In this document: positions 27,191 to 41,297 of the stretch, piece after piece
Position numbering within the stretch: the first letter of the stretch is position 1
Layout of the letters: each line of letters opens with the position of its first letter
DNA from: Balanoglossus misakiensis
Lineage: Eukaryota > Animalia > Hemichordata
Assembly: GCA_040954595.2 (NCBI GenBank)
Contig: CM082587.2
Span: 6,065,705 to 6,129,704, forward strand
Direction of reading: 5' to 3'
DNA length: 64,000 nucleotides
Made by a program: the position numbers and the translations under genes
Notes under the pieces: model-generated
What the model was told of the DNA's origin: nothing
Databases searched by the model: none
The model's input: only the letters and a program-made list of their open reading frames with translations

Positions 27191-27974
27191 TTTGACGATT
27201 TCCTACCAATATCAGTTTGCGACGCTGCCGTAAAGAGGTATGCTCTGATTTTTTATTTACGTGAGTGATTTCATACATTATAACGACTTCGGTTTTGTTA
27301 AAAGACACTATTTACTCCTTAAATTGAAACTCGAGCAAAAATCACGGGAACTTACAGGATTAAACACATCATTTTGCCATCAACATGAAATGTTTGCTGC
27401 CGTAAGAAGGTAAGTCTTTTAATGAGTTGACAACATGGCTGCGCTCATGTCGCTCACTGCCAAGTTTTGAGTTTCGTCGCGGTGTTCATTTGGTCTGATG
27501 AATGTTTGACACATCACTGTTTCTCATTTGCACTATATGTCCCCCAGGGTGTGAAAAAAACACGACCGCTTTCAATTTGGCGGATGATTGACGCGAAGTC
27601 GTCCACGCACCAAGTAGGCTGTAGTGTTGGGATCATAAATACCTCGCTCTCGGGCCAAACGCGGAAGTGGAGTAAATTTGTATTTCGTAGCCGTAAGCGA
27701 TCAGATCAATCGCTGGCAGGTGGGATCTCCGTGCTTGACAGGGAGGAAATGCAGTAGAGAAGTTGTGTCCTTCTTGGCAAAACGTGAGCGACAGATCAAA
27801 GATTCCTTTTGTGCATGTACTTGGGTTGGACTTTGGAATGACACGCTGGAGTGACCCGAATGCCGAACGACCCCGAAGCCACCACTGTCGGTCCAGAAAG
27901 CAAGCGCCGAGAAGAGGGGGAGAAAGACCAGGTCACGTGCTTTCGGGACAAGTTCCCTAGTTACAGCAACAACA
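27191..27974. promoter_or_regulatory. Divergent (bidirectional) promoter/5'UTR region of ACBD6 and TMEM250
   Basis: Head-to-head start codons ~785 bp apart. YY1-like caacatggctg at ~27431, ETS-like cggaagtg at ~27662, and candidate + strand 5'UTR donors at ~27238 (aggtatg) and ~27410 (aggtaagt). Confidence 0.6.
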
Positions 27975-28394
27975 ATGACGGTTCTACCGATTCCACGCCG
28001 GACTAGAACTTTCTCAGGTCCCCACTCCACATGCATGGACTGCGGCGACTCACACTTGAGCCGGTTGAAAAAGACCACGAAGGAGGACTCCTCATTCGAC
28101 CTGTACAAGAGGAACTTGCTCCTCTACGGTTTTCTACGGTTCCTGCTCTTCTTTTCCGCGAGCCAGGCAACTTTCTTCGCCTTTATTGTGTCCGGGGTGA
28201 CGTTCGTTGTGCAGTACGTTAGCATTCACGGATTTCTGCGATTCCAGTACAAGCTGACGGTCTTACTGATTATGATAAACAGAGACCGGCTGAATTTTCA
28301 AAGATTCAACGACATCTTCATCTACTGCATCCACGTTGTTATGCTGCTTGTTGGGGGCTTCGGGTGGTGCTGTCTGATGTTTATAGACAATTAA
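27975..28394 (+). CDS. TMEM250: Transmembrane protein 250 (C9orf69) orthologue, single coding exon, 139 aa
   Basis: MTVLPIPRRTRTFSGPHSTC...LYGFLRFLLFFS...FQYKLTVLLI...IYCIHVVMLLVGGFGWC closely parallels the human TMEM250 sequence as recalled (MPVMPIPRRVRSFHGPHTTC...LYGFIRFLLYFS...IHVTMLLVGGLGWC). Confidence 0.9.
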   Translation: MTVLPIPRRTRTFSGPHSTCMDCGDSHLSRLKKTTKEDSSFDLYKRNLLLYGFLRFLLFFSASQATFFAFIVSGVTFVVQYVSIHGFLRFQYKLTVLLIMINRDRLNFQRFNDIFIYCIHVVMLLVGGFGWCCLMFIDN

Positions 28395-30761
28395 CGCTAA
28401 ACAAAACAAGCATATGCATTCCTTTTATCGTTCACTTTTTAAAACGCTTTACTTATACTAACTAACTTGTTCAATATTCTCACAGAAAATTAGCATTCTT
28501 ATAACTACATAGGTGTAACCTATCTGAGGTGCGACATACACTACTATTAAAATGTGCCTTAATGGTAATAACCAGTTTTGAGTTTAAAACAATGCCATGT
28601 ACATGTAATGTACCCAACCCAATCCAAACCTGATCGCCAACAAAAACTGAAAAGTCTGTAGAGCTACATGTAAGGTTTTAATGTAGTCTTCATAGGTGTT
28701 TTAGAGATAGGTGATCATTCCGTGGGACGATAGACGTGATATTCATTTTGATTACCTTTACTGCTTGAAAAAAGGACAGACTGAAAAAAATACTTTCTTA
28801 TAGTAGGTGTGCTTTATACTGCTAAAAGTAAAATGAGAATGTTGGGATACATGGACCATAGCTTTTCAATTGTGCTTTACTTGGGTTGTGAAAACCAACA
28901 AGGAAATTACACATGATTTTTTAAAATTTTCAAATCGGCTCTCATTTACCAAATAAACAGGTGATTTTGAAAAGTACAGTATTGTTTTTCAGAAAAAGAA
29001 ATGTGATTTAACATTCCGTACACTGTTGAAGTTGGTGGCAGTCTCTCTCCCTGAGGGTGCAATTCTAAATGAACACCACTCGTGAATTGCTTCACACAGG
29101 CTGCGGTTTATGGTATGCTGGGTCAAGCTACTTAACGCAGCCTGCATGGTCAAGGCCTGTTGAAGCCTTTGAACTCAAGTTCCACCAAGACTGAAACATT
29201 TCTGCTCAAGTGGAAGTAATGCTGCATTTTTTGGAGAAATATTTATGAATAATTTTTAATTTTAAAGATAATTAATCACGGTGAAATGTGCTACTGTTAG
29301 TGGTGGAGCGTTGTATATTTACTTTGAAAAGTATATCTGTTGCTTCCATATTTTTGCAGTTTTAAGAATGTTATTTTTAATTAAAGAATTTAAATGGCTT
29401 TAATTTGTGGTTTGATTTTGATGTTACTTTTAACAAGTCTCCCTATTTGGATGAAAATGGTCACAATAAAATAATACTCCCATACACAACAAACATACAC
29501 CTCATCTAAGCACACAATGTACTTGATATAAATCTGTTTATTTTGTGTATTTTTTTTATACTTTTAAAAGTACTATTTCTGCCGTCTCAATGACAGAAAC
29601 AAAAGAAAATCATACAAACAACAAAGCAATTATTGAATAAACTGCACAGTTTTTAGGTAAACCAGGGGTGGGGCTCAAATTCAATTTTCCAGGATTTTTC
29701 CAGAGTAGTTTCCAGAAGTGCACATACTCGGGTAAATTCACTGAATCTGTGTAGACGATGAAAGCTTTTTATAAGAACTATTATCTGACAAATTCAATGG
29801 GATTAACATCAAAGACCCAAACGCAGGATGTCTAGCGCAGACATGCTAAAAATCAAAATGTTGTAAATTTGTTCACAGTGGTCAAGTACAAACCGGTGTT
29901 GTGTCCAGGAGAAGTATTGACGGCATGTGTACACTCCTTCAGCAGCATAGCAATAAAATACTTCCTACTGCCAGACAGAGGAGCTTTAAACTAAGACTTG
30001 AACCTTTGTATAAAGTTACATTTACTTGCACCTACTTAGGTTGTATGTTGTCTTCGTCAACCCTGTCACCCCTGTCTTGCTAGTACGCAGAGTCCAACCA
30101 TACCACTGCAAGTATAGGGACCGCATCAATTTATGAGGAGGGGGGGTGTCTGACCAGTTACAGCTCTTCCTACAATCCTTGAAACTCGGAAACTTTCCTG
30201 CTGTTAACAGCCCAGGACAAATCTGCGTGGTGGGATTTTTGACATGAAACGACAAAAGTACATGTAGTGCACACATTGAAAGGTCACCTGTTTGGCATCC
30301 AGCTCAATAAAACAAAAAAAAATTAATGCCATTTACCGGCACATGCGGATTTCTCAAAAGTCTGAATGCAAGAGAGCTCTCAATGACGGGAGCTGAAAAT
30401 TCCCTCAGGCGAATCTGGGAAAATGTGCAGTGCGATTGCCAAACTCTAGAATATCTCCATAAGCATAAATATGCTTTTGTCCCGTTCCATCTGTGTGTTG
30501 ACGCTTGCAGAAACAGCATGAAATTTGTAACAGAGCAAACTACCTGTGGAAAAAAAACAATCACTAGAAAAGTCCTAGAATCTGAATTCTGTGATTTGTG
30601 TATCTACAGAAAGTACTGGTGCTATTGACTACTGAAACAGACACACATTTTGGGACTTTGACTGTACACTTCTGTTCGAGAGATCGGGTAAAACAAAATG
30701 ACAACAGAATTGAAGAACACCCTCTCCCCCAAAAATCTTTGGTTATAGTGAACATTGCTAT

Positions 30762-31816
30762 TTAATCCTGATTAAAGTAGGTTTCTGTGTTGGGGTACTT
30801 CTGTCGGTTGTAGTTCGGGTCTCGGCGCAGTCGTCTCTTTATGGAGTCCTGGATTTGTTGTTCGTAGGCCGAGTGGAGGTCGGTGTTTCCTTGCAGGTCG
30901 GCCCTCAGCGCTTCGTCGCTGGTCACCGGCTGCACTCCGGCCGTTTCCACGGCGCGCTGTAAGACGTTGGGCAGGACGGTGTCCACTCCGCCGTACGGTC
31001 TTCTCTGAGACATCAACTGAAATGAGTATTGAGACTCAGTGTGAAATATAGTACGACTTCAGCTTATTTTACCTGAAAACAACTGGGTCTCGTGAATGAT
31101 GCCCCTGCATTGGTTTATCATGCATACACATTTGATGTCACAGTAATCTATATACCATAGTTTTGTTCCCAGTTTCACATTAGTACCCTTAAGAACACAA
31201 ATCTGTAAGTATAATAATATTAATATCTATCAACACTAACCCTCCGTCTCTTTGGCGGCATCCCGCTTAGATACGCATCACTGAGGGGCGCCTGTTGGCC
31301 CTGGTGTCTTTGGCGAGAGATATCATTGGTTATCACTGGAACCCAATCCTGAAACAAAGAACAACCCACAAAAACATCACAAAACCATTCAGCACACATT
31401 ACCCAGTATGCGATGTGAGTGCCCCTATAAAAATCCTGGTTGATTTTGCATGGGTAGGAAAGAGAGAAAGAAAGACTGTGCAAATGAATGTGCATATCAA
31501 TGTTTCAACTCACTGCAGGTATGGCCGACTGCCAGCCATCTGTATCTTGCGTGTCCATGGTTACTGGTGAAGCGCCGACAGCTCCATCATTGAAATCCAT
31601 CTGAAGAAAAAAATGAAAGGTTTTGACAAATTTAATGCATACATCAAGTTTTTGACTACACACTGGTAATTCTCATACATAAGAAAGTATTCACAGACTA
31701 TCAGTAAATGCATGATTGTCAAATGACAGAAATGCTTGTCTTTAAGAACACTAATTTTTCGTAGACACTGCATGGGGAAAACCATTTCCTACTCACTCAC
31801 TCACTCGCTCACTCTT

Positions 31817-31848
<32 letters not shown>

Positions 31849-34800
31849 CATGTATATGTGTGTGTATGTATATGTATATGTATATGTGTATTACAGCTGA
31901 CTAAATTTCACTCTGATTGGCTATTTCTACACCACATGACTTTACATCAAAGATGCCAGGGCAGATGGCACAAAAGCTCCACACAAATCATACCTGGTCG
32001 GGTGATGCCCGTTTCTTATGACTGACGGGTTGATCTTGATTCGTCGGTTCCGCAGTGTCCATCTTCTCCACTGGACTGGCAGACGTGTCTCTTGAGGCTG
32101 CGGAAGGCTCACCTCCGTTGGTCATTGGCTCACAGGTAGCAGTCTCAGCTGACGAGGGAACACACACACAATCATTTACATGCATGTAAAGACATTCATG
32201 TTACAATGACGTGTGCAAATCATGCAAAACCAGGCACACATCAAACAGCACCCTTCTGAAACAGGAACACCAACTGAAACCGAGGGTACTCTGGGAGCCA
32301 GACCACGCCCTCGTGAGACAAGAAAACATGTACCTTTCTGGGCACCGCCCGTCTTCTTGATGTAACACTGAACCTCCTGCGGTGTCACCTGGAAATTCTC
32401 CGCCACAGTCCGAATGTTCTGTGGTCCGATCGTTGTCAGCCACGATCTGAACAGGGGGTTCATGTCTCGCGTTAGTGCTCTCTTTAAGTAAAATATTGAA
32501 ACATAAAATTATTCACTTGATTTTTTCTCGAGCAATGAGGGGTGGGGGGGGGGGAGAGGGTTGATAGGATCATTGAAAAGGGGGGGGAAGCGCAGAGATG
32601 GGAAAGAAATACGGTAGGAAGAGAGACATAGATATTGATAGAGATTGAAGATAAAATTGAAGAAATGCACAGTGTGTCTTCTAATAACTAATTTTAGAAT
32701 GTCTTGAAACTTCTGTATGTCAGCCCTATACATTTAAATGTAGTACCGGTATATATAATTTTCGTGTCAACAGAGAGTTGAGTTAGAGAGCACAATGGAT
32801 ATCAGTGGATAGCAACTGCCAATACTGTGTAATTGGTGTGTGCATGCATGTGGGCGTAAATGCGAATAGAGAGAGATGACATAAAGAGCTAATTACCACT
32901 CTCTGTCTGATGATGTCTTCCACACCGTTCTGACCCTGCTGTAGAATGTGGATGTTCAGAACCAACCATTCGTGTGTTGCTCTGATGAGGTGGCTCTGAA
33001 CGGCTTCTGCATACCTTTCCCCGGTTTCTGCAATGGACGAAAAAATGTGACAAGGATTAGGTCCTGGCATTCATGATACCCTTGTAAATTATGAGAAAAA
33101 GCTGGTGGGATACAAATATCAGTAAATTACAAAACCTATTTTTTTGGAAAACGATTTTTTCAGATATCTGAGGCATAACTTCTCTAAAAATAAAAATGAG
33201 GGAAGTTACTGAAGGATGTGAGAATAACAACTTGACTCTTTTCCATTCAGAACATACCTCTCATAAGGAAATATTAACCCTTTCACCCCAATTGCCCCCT
33301 CTTGAGGTCCAACTTTTACCATAGAATTCAATGGATTTGGACCAAACCATGGTGGTCAAAAGGGTGGGTGAAATTACAACAAACCTGATGAGTTCAGCAC
33401 CATATCGATAAGTTTAATAAGCGCACATCTGAGAAGTTCCACATTGGTTTCTGTGAGATCGATGTCATCCTTGGTGGGAAAGTTGCTCTGAAAGAATGAC
33501 AAAACCCGGAGTTTCATTGCAGGCAGCGGCGTCAATAGACATCACAAGAAAACAGGAATATGTGTTTGCAAAAATAAAGGCATACTTTCTTATGTAAGAG
33601 AATAGAGCTGCAGTTGTCCTAAGACATCATCATCTTCTTCATATTTCTTGGTTGCTACAAGGGTACACACCACAGATAGGTAATTCTAATAATGCAAGCT
33701 ATTCTTACCGGATTTACTATTATAACTTCTACAATATTCCTGGCAAATCTATCAGCACCATCCTGAAAAATTAATATCATACCGTAATCAGTGCATTTCT
33801 CTTTCTAATTAGGAAAAAAATCCACTGATTGCTTTCAGATAGTTCCCTTGAATTCTAGTATTTTTCAAGCCTGATAGAAGCAAAATATTAAGTACTTCGA
33901 TGTGATATATTCTTTTTTATGTAGACGCTAGACTGATTTGTCTGCATACCTTTATGTTTTCTGAATTTGGTTCCTTCCCTTCGAGAACAGTGTTTCTGAT
34001 GAACTCCTGACACTTTGTCCTGAATGTGGCACTTCGCAGGGGCTCGTTCTGGCCGAGCAGGATGTTGCTGATGTCGTTGAAGTTCAAGTTTCGGGCCAGA
34101 AATTGTATCAGGGAGAACACAAGTCCTGGGAAGAGAGAAAGTTGGGCGGAAATAACAATATGTCAGAGTGATATGCAACACAGAAGTGTTGCATATCTTT
34201 CAATAAATCATATCAAGTCTTAGGCATTTTTTGCCAGAAAAAAAAATACATGTTTCACTGCATTTTAAAGCTTGAAAATGATGTACATGTACTTTGATTG
34301 TGGACATTTACATATTCTAGCCACTCACCTTGGCCAAGCATCGTATGATATTGCAAACCGTGTGAAATCATGTAATTGTGTGCACTGGGGATTTCTTGCC
34401 CGCGTCTGGCTAGATCTAACTGCTCGTCGATGCCACGCCCTATCGTCATGAAAGCTTCGTCGGCCCGTTGTGACTGCGGATTGCTCTCGCTGGTGAAGAG
34501 TTCCGAGAAGGGGTTTTCTTCACTAGTGCTCGCTGTATAAGGGCAATGAAAAAGTGGTTATCTTTACATCAGCTGTTGCAGGTGGCAGTGTTCTCCCCAG
34601 ACAAATTACAGAGCTGTGACCCGCCACTCTGTTATTTTTTGGAAACCAATAGAAACTCATTAACATAGCAATTATGCATATTGTTATATAAATTAGCTGC
34701 CACTCTGCCAGAAATTCCTGGGGAGAACACTGGGTGGGAAAGGGGCACCACAATTAACAGTGTCTGCAAAAAGGCAACGTGTCTGTCAGCTGACTCTAAA

Positions 34801-37800
34801 GGACTGGAATCTTTCGGGGGGAAATTCCAGAACTTCATCAGAGGAACACAAGCCTGTGCATTTTTTTTTTACTTACGGTTGCCGACAAGATTCCGGATGC
34901 CCCTCAGCAGAGACGCCAGCACGGGATTGGCCGGCTCCGGTGGGTTGGTGGCGCCGTTGGCGTTGTTGTTGTTGGCCGAAGTGCCGTCCATGGAGTCGTC
35001 GTCGCTGCTGACATCGCCGGTGCCATGGGGCGGATGGGGCTGCAAGTACGGGTTGTGTTGGTTTATGAGTGACCCGACCAAGTTTCCAATCATGTCCGCC
35101 AGTTGCTCTTCACCTTGCTGTGTTAAAAAAAATACACAAAGCAGTTGTTTATCAGAACGAAATAAGTAAGATTACCAGTTTTTGATGTGGACATACATAC
35201 ATACACACATACATACATACATACAGACAGACAGACAGACAGACAGACAGAAGATGCTGACTAACCCCATAGGTTCATATGGTATGTATACATATACAAA
35301 ATGGGAGCTAAAAATAAGTTGCCAACTAGAACTTTTTTTTTTACGACAACAGATTTCGACTGGATTTATTCTAGGCAATCTGGAAAGCGCGCCCTCATAG
35401 GACCCAAAACTTACAGGTTCAGAAGCGTCAGGAGAACTCGTCCGAGTAGAAGCGGTAGTAGTCGTGGGCGTAGCGGGTGCCGCAGTTGTTGCCGTTGTTG
35501 CTGTTGCGGAGGCTGATCGACTAGTGGTGGTGGTGCTACTGCTGGTCGTCGTCGTCGTGTCGGGTGCCTGTGTGGTGGGTCGGCGCAGGAAGAAGTGCCG
35601 GGAGGCGCACGGCAGGAACTGGTCTCTGTGCGCGTTCAGGCCGAAGAAGTTGGCCACGGGAACGGTTCGGCCGCCCGTCGCGAACATTCCGGGCATCCCG
35701 CCCGTGGACGCCGAAGTCGCCGTACTGGTGCTAGTGCTGGTGCCGGTAGAAGTTGTTTGACCTGAGAACGCAAATTACACGTAGTGTTTACTGTTCTTTT
35801 TACTTGACATTTCCTATAGTACAATATGTTTCAGTTCAAGCCAATATTTTGGATTATGTGTATGTGCTAAATTTTTCTCAAACTCTCTGCCATACACAAG
35901 CATGGTGCAGTGCCAAATACACAAGCTTTATAACGGAGACTTTGAAACTGCATTTTACAAAGAAGATATAAAAAGTAATTCACACATTAGTTAACTCTCC
36001 TCTTCAACAATGGGGAGAGTATCCACATTTTTATATAGGGTCAATTTGTAGGGTCAAGTGCAGATTTACATCAGCGATTTGGTGACAGCTCCAACTCAAA
36101 AATCATCACTTTTAACAGTTAACGACTTTGGTGGCCAATATATGCCCCTAGTACCTGTTTGTGTCGAAGTTGCCGTTGAAGTCGCCGTTGTGCCCCCCTG
36201 TCTGGCGGTTCCCCCCGCGGGCCCAGGTTGCATAGACTGCATCAGATTCTGGAGGACCGGTAGCATGTGCGCCAATTCGTTCAGGCCGCCGGGGAGGGCG
36301 GTGGGATTGGCCGCCTGCGGTGCCGGCTGGGTGCCACTGGTGGTGGTCGAGGCGGTGGTGGTACCGCTGCTGCTGCTGCTGCCGGTGGTGGTACTGCCTG
36401 TGGTGGTTCCGCTGTTGGTGCCACTGCCGGTTGTGCTTGCGCTAGTGACTATGACTGGGCGACCACCTGGGAACAAACCATGGAAAGTGCTCGGTGAAAG
36501 TGAAGTCAAGACAAAAGTTTTGTTGATTCAAGTCGTAAGCTGTTTTGAGTCCTTCCACACAAAACCACTACAAAGAGAACCTGTTTTGAGATGACAGATA
36601 TATACAAAGCAGGACCGATTGTAGGATTAAGCAAAACATCTCCAATGTTGTCAACAAACAGTTGTCAAGTTTTATATTGATTAACCATCAGTCTATTACT
36701 GATGTATATTTCTGCAGTGAGCACCTCAAAATAATATCTCCAGTTTTTACCCCTTAAACCAGAAAACCTTTCAAAATTGTCCCCCAAGTTCCAGACCAAG
36801 CCTTTTGCAACAACCTTCTCCCAATTCCGAGAACCCAAATATTCATGGGTGCCCAAAACCCCAGAAAGTACTTATCCTCTAACTAGTCAACGTAATTTAA
36901 TTCTACCTGGGCGGATTTGTATGGGTATAGCCGTGGTTCGAGATATTGACATCATGATAGGTGGCCCCATACCCAGTATACCTGCAAGCGATGCAGCACT
37001 GGTTGCTGCAGAGTGGGCAGACGCTGGAGTCGCACTTGGCTGCGGCGGTGGTGGTGTTGGTGTTGGCTGTGGCGCTGCAGTGCCGGATGTAGTTGTACTA
37101 GACGGTCTGCTTGTTCCAGCAGTGCCTGGAAACGAAAATGAGTTGAATGTAGTACACTGATTTTCTTGGGGAGGAAAGGAGTGAGAATAGACTGCTAACA
37201 TCGGGGGTTACTACAGGAAGACAGAGGCAGATGAGGGAAGGGCAGGGGATCTGACTTACTTGCAGTGGTCGTTGTTGAGTCAGTGGTTGAGGCCGCTGTG
37301 GTACCAGTTGACATTCGGCCACCAGACGTCGACTGCACTGTATGCAGATTGATATTGGTCTGGAAAAAAAATCAGTAAAATGACACCGCCAGTCTGTACT
37401 AAAACTCTTTAACCCTTTAACTGTCATGTTCTAATCTGGCCCAAACCCTTTACAGTTATTGCTTGAAACTTGTTTTGATTGGAGCACCATCAAATAAAGA
37501 ATTAACCATACAGGTTGACTTTAAAACATGTCAAAATAAGAGGGTTTGGAAATCATTCCCTAAATTCAGAGGAAGATGAATAAAGGCCCAATATTCTATA
37601 CAGTCCCACTGACAGGAATATAATCTTTGCTTCAACACCTACCTGTAGTGAATTCTGCGGGAGTGAGGGCAAGACCGGTGTAGGCGGTGCTCGCAAGACC
37701 CGCGGAGGTGGCCGGGTCATGTCTACCATACAGTCGGAAATTCCGTGGTACGAGTGGCTGATGAAATGAAGCACTTCCGTCACCAAGTTGCAATGTCTCT

Positions 37801-40552
37801 GAGCCAAACGAACACCCTCGTCCTGTGAAAATTCAAAATGTAAGTATGTAAAATTCCTTTTATTTAAAAAACAACGGTAAAAGCCTCTAGAGCTTACACT
37901 TTTTGTACAATTTTCATGATTTTATTTTCCGACTTAAATTGGTCAATCTAAATAAGCTTACTGATAGTATACATGAACATCTGATCAAGGCCTGATTGGG
38001 GCTGTATGCTGCAATTCGAACACAGTATATATTAAACGGGTGACACACCCATTTAATCAGCTTCCATACAAACAGTACAGAGCTATCATGGTATACATCA
38101 CCAAGAGATGACAAACTGATCCAAATGAAGGTAATACAAGGGAGGTGGACAAGGGGTGGGATACGAACAAGCGAATTGTCCAACATGACCCCCTTCTCCC
38201 CCAGGTAAATACTCACATCTCTAGAGAAGTCGGGGTCTTCTCTCAGATATCGCTGAAAACGATCTAGATGAGGCTGCAGGCGACGCTGCAGTCTGTTAAT
38301 TTCATCGATCAGATCCGCCATGACCGGCATGTTGGGATGACTAGAAGAGAACCAAAGAAGGAGGCATTTATTTAACCTATCCTGTTAAGTAAGCAATACA
38401 TCGCTGTTCACAGGCATCAACATACATATACTAAATTTCCCATAACACTTACTCAGGATTCCACAGCCGGCTCAGGATGTCAGTGAGTGAAGGGGTTCCG
38501 GGCCCACCACTTGTGGTCGTGGTACCCGCGCTGTCGCTGGACGCGGCCGCAGCCCCTCCCGTGGCCCCTCCACTGGGACTTTCGTCGCCGAATAATGATC
38601 GGCCGGAAACGCTGCCACCGGGCGGATTCTACGACATTCACAAGGTGAAGGTTATAAGTACAGTAAGACCTGTCTAAACCGAAACCTGTCTAATCTGGAA
38701 ACCTGTCTATACCAAACACATATTCCTGGCCCTTTGACATAGAACCATATGTTAAAAGAGCCACATAGAATGGACACCTCTGCAAACTGAACAATTTCTT
38801 CAGTCCCTTTGGAGTTCGGTTTAGCCAGGTTTTACTGTATATGAGACAGGTTTAGAGTTGTTCAAACCAGTGTTGACATTAATACTTCAATTAACCATCT
38901 TTGGATGATTAAGTTGATATTTGTGATGCCCACAATAATCCTCAAACATTGTATAGTGCTATCATAATGAGTTCGGTGCTTTAAAATGTGTACTCTCTCA
39001 CCTCCAACCTGTCGATGGTTTCGTAAGCTTGTCTTATCATGTTGCGGACGTGGTCCACACGGAGTTGCGATTCACTGTGTAGTTGGGGAACGGCTAACTG
39101 TCCCAGGTTTATGTGCACATCCACGGAGGAGCCATCAGCCTACAAGTGACAATTGCAGACAGGGTGCCATATTACAAATCATGGTTGTGATCATAGGGGG
39201 CTCCATTATAAGACAGAAACACAAGTTACTACCAGTATTTGTGTGTGTCTGTTTCAGGCGCATGTTGTCAGTATTTCAGCTGCATGATGTCAGTACCTGA
39301 ACAGTAATGGAACGCTACTCACTGATTGTCGTGAAGTCACCCGCGCGTTGCGTCCAATGTCACCCATTCCTGATATCACCTGCTGAACAATACGCTGGGG
39401 TTACGGAGAAAATGAAAAAAAAATCTGTGAGACAGTATTCTCTGGAAAGACAATCTTGGGCGCTCATCCACTTTGACTGTTTCACGCACATGGGTTTGTT
39501 TGTACAGAGGTGCTGAATTCTGGGGTTCGCCTTTTAGTTAACACAAGGCTAACCCACTGTGAGCCAGGTGTTAGCAAAATGACCTTTGACCCGCATTGCA
39601 TCTTACCTGTACTTCATTGGAGTCGGTTACGTCTGCCGGCAAAGTGAACGCCCCGACCACGATGCTCTCTCTACTAGACCTAGAACTAGTGCTGGTGGTG
39701 GTTGTGGTGGTGCCTGTTGTTGAGGGTCTAGTGGTGCTGGTCCTGGCATGGGGAGGGGGACGCTGCACCAGATGGACCACTTTCCCGTTCACTTCGTAAT
39801 CTGAAAGCTTCTTTTCGTCTTGCAGAACCCTCCCTTGATAGATCAGACGCTGGGAATTGGCCTCAATGTCCTTGTACAGACAAGAAGAAAGTCATTGTAG
39901 ATTATAGAACCTTCTTGGAAGTTTGAAGTAATATAACATTATATAAATAAGTAAAGTGTGGCAGAACAACCTTCCACATTCGTATATTGATAAGATAGTT
40001 TAAGAAATAATTCTATTTACATGAACACACACCTGTAGTTAAAATGGTGAAAGAAGGGTAATTGTTTATATTTATTATTATATTTAGTCGAAAAAGTCAT
40101 GTCAGCAAAAAATGACACTTACCACATCTTTTTCTATCTTGTTTTTGAAGTCCTTCACAGTAATCTGTCAAAACCAGAGCAAAAGAAAACAGATTTAATT
40201 AAAGTTTGCCACTACAGTTGACATATACATGTAGTCTGCATACAATATTACAATGTTACAATGGAATGCTGATGTTAATTTGTATCAACAGGACCAACGT
40301 TGGGAAAAAATGTACATAGGTATGCCTTCATAATATGACAATTATTATGCATATACACTGCAAACACAATGAAAGAGGATGTAACAAAAGGGGACTTAGC
40401 AGTTTGGCATACAGACAGCGATGATAATGTTAGTGTTCTTTACATGCTTTAGCAAGCAGTCCATTTTCATTGTGATACGTTGTACTTACATCATCTTCAA
40501 CTGAAAACGACCTTGTCTGCGAGTCCAGGGTTTTAATGGTCAATTCCATCAT
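30762..40552 (-). CDS. BAG6: Large proline-rich protein BAG6 (BAT3/Scythe): N-terminal UBL, T/S/P-rich middle, NLS, C-terminal BAG-like domain; ~1232 aa, 23 coding exons
   Basis: Exons 40552-40490, 40164-40123, 39870-39607, 39394-39323, 39139-39002, 38628-38453, 38340-38217, 37822-37643, 37359-37260, 37125-36907, 36466-36155, 35761-35415, 35117-34877, 34532-34329, 34125-33950, 33762-33709, 33487-33385, 33027-32897, 32481-32334, 32148-31994, 31600-31514, 31348-31241, 31016-30762; phases are consistent. Motifs: [68 protein letters not shown]. Confidence 0.93.
31793..31890. repeat. Compound microsatellite (ACTC/CT/AT/GT/GTATAT) in a BAG6 intron
   Basis: Direct reading of consecutive simple repeats. 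Confidence 0.9.
33278..33364. mobile_element. Second, degenerate copy of the short piggyBac-like MITE, in a BAG6 intron
   Basis: ttaa|ccctttcacc...gaggtccaacttttaccatagaattcaatggatttggaccaaaccatggtggtcaaaaggg; similar to 25978-26062, with the right TTAA lost. Confidence 0.6.
35191..35250. repeat. (ACAT)n(ACAG)n compound microsatellite in a BAG6 intron
   Basis: Direct reading. Confidence 0.9.
38661..38837. mobile_element. Tc1/mariner-pogo (Tigger-type) MITE with TA TSD in a BAG6 intron
   Basis: ta|cagtaagacctgtctaaaccgaa ... ttcggtttagccaggttttactg|ta: 23-bp TIR with 2 mismatches and CAGT/ACTG ends; internal acctgtcta sub-terminal repeats. Confidence 0.85.
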
Positions 40553-41297
40553 TTTGGTAAGCTTCTTGGGTGTTAGAATTGAGACAGTAATGATACGCTT
40601 GCCTAGAAAATAAAAGTGGGGGATTTGATCTACTTGTGATGTTACAATGGAATCACTCCAAACTGGATGTTGGTCTGTATATCTGATACACGACCAGTAA
40701 GTTTGAAGAAACATATCACAAAGTTGTACTAACACAAAAGATATTTATATCACAATCCTCAATATTTGCAAGTTTGAAATTCCATGGAAATGATAAGCGA
40801 CTAAAGAGCAGGTCGCTTTCAAGCTCTATTAAAATAATCTGTCAATAAATTGCAATACATTCAGCGTTGTATCTTTGTACTGCCAAGAACACAGCAATCA
40901 CATGTACATACAATGTATATTGTATTATAATTGTTGTATTGTATTGTACATGTACATACACTGTACAAGGGCATCGCACTCAAGTCAAGACAGCACACTC
41001 CAGCCAAAAGCTTTACACTAAAACATTTACAACGTCTATTTAGTTGGCTATCTTTTACCTATAATCACGTTTGCGACGAGCCCTTGGGGCGATCGCTTTC
41101 ATGGCCTGGACAAAATAGTTCTTGACATGGTTGCAACACCATGAACAGGCACGCATGTGTGATGTACTTTAGTTTATGATTCATACTTTCGTGTGAAGCA
41201 ACGTCATCGTTGTTCGTTTCGAAATGAACCACAAATGCGCGTGCGAATCGACAGTCCGCTCCACTTTTAGTACAGCAATCCACACACATTTACTCAC

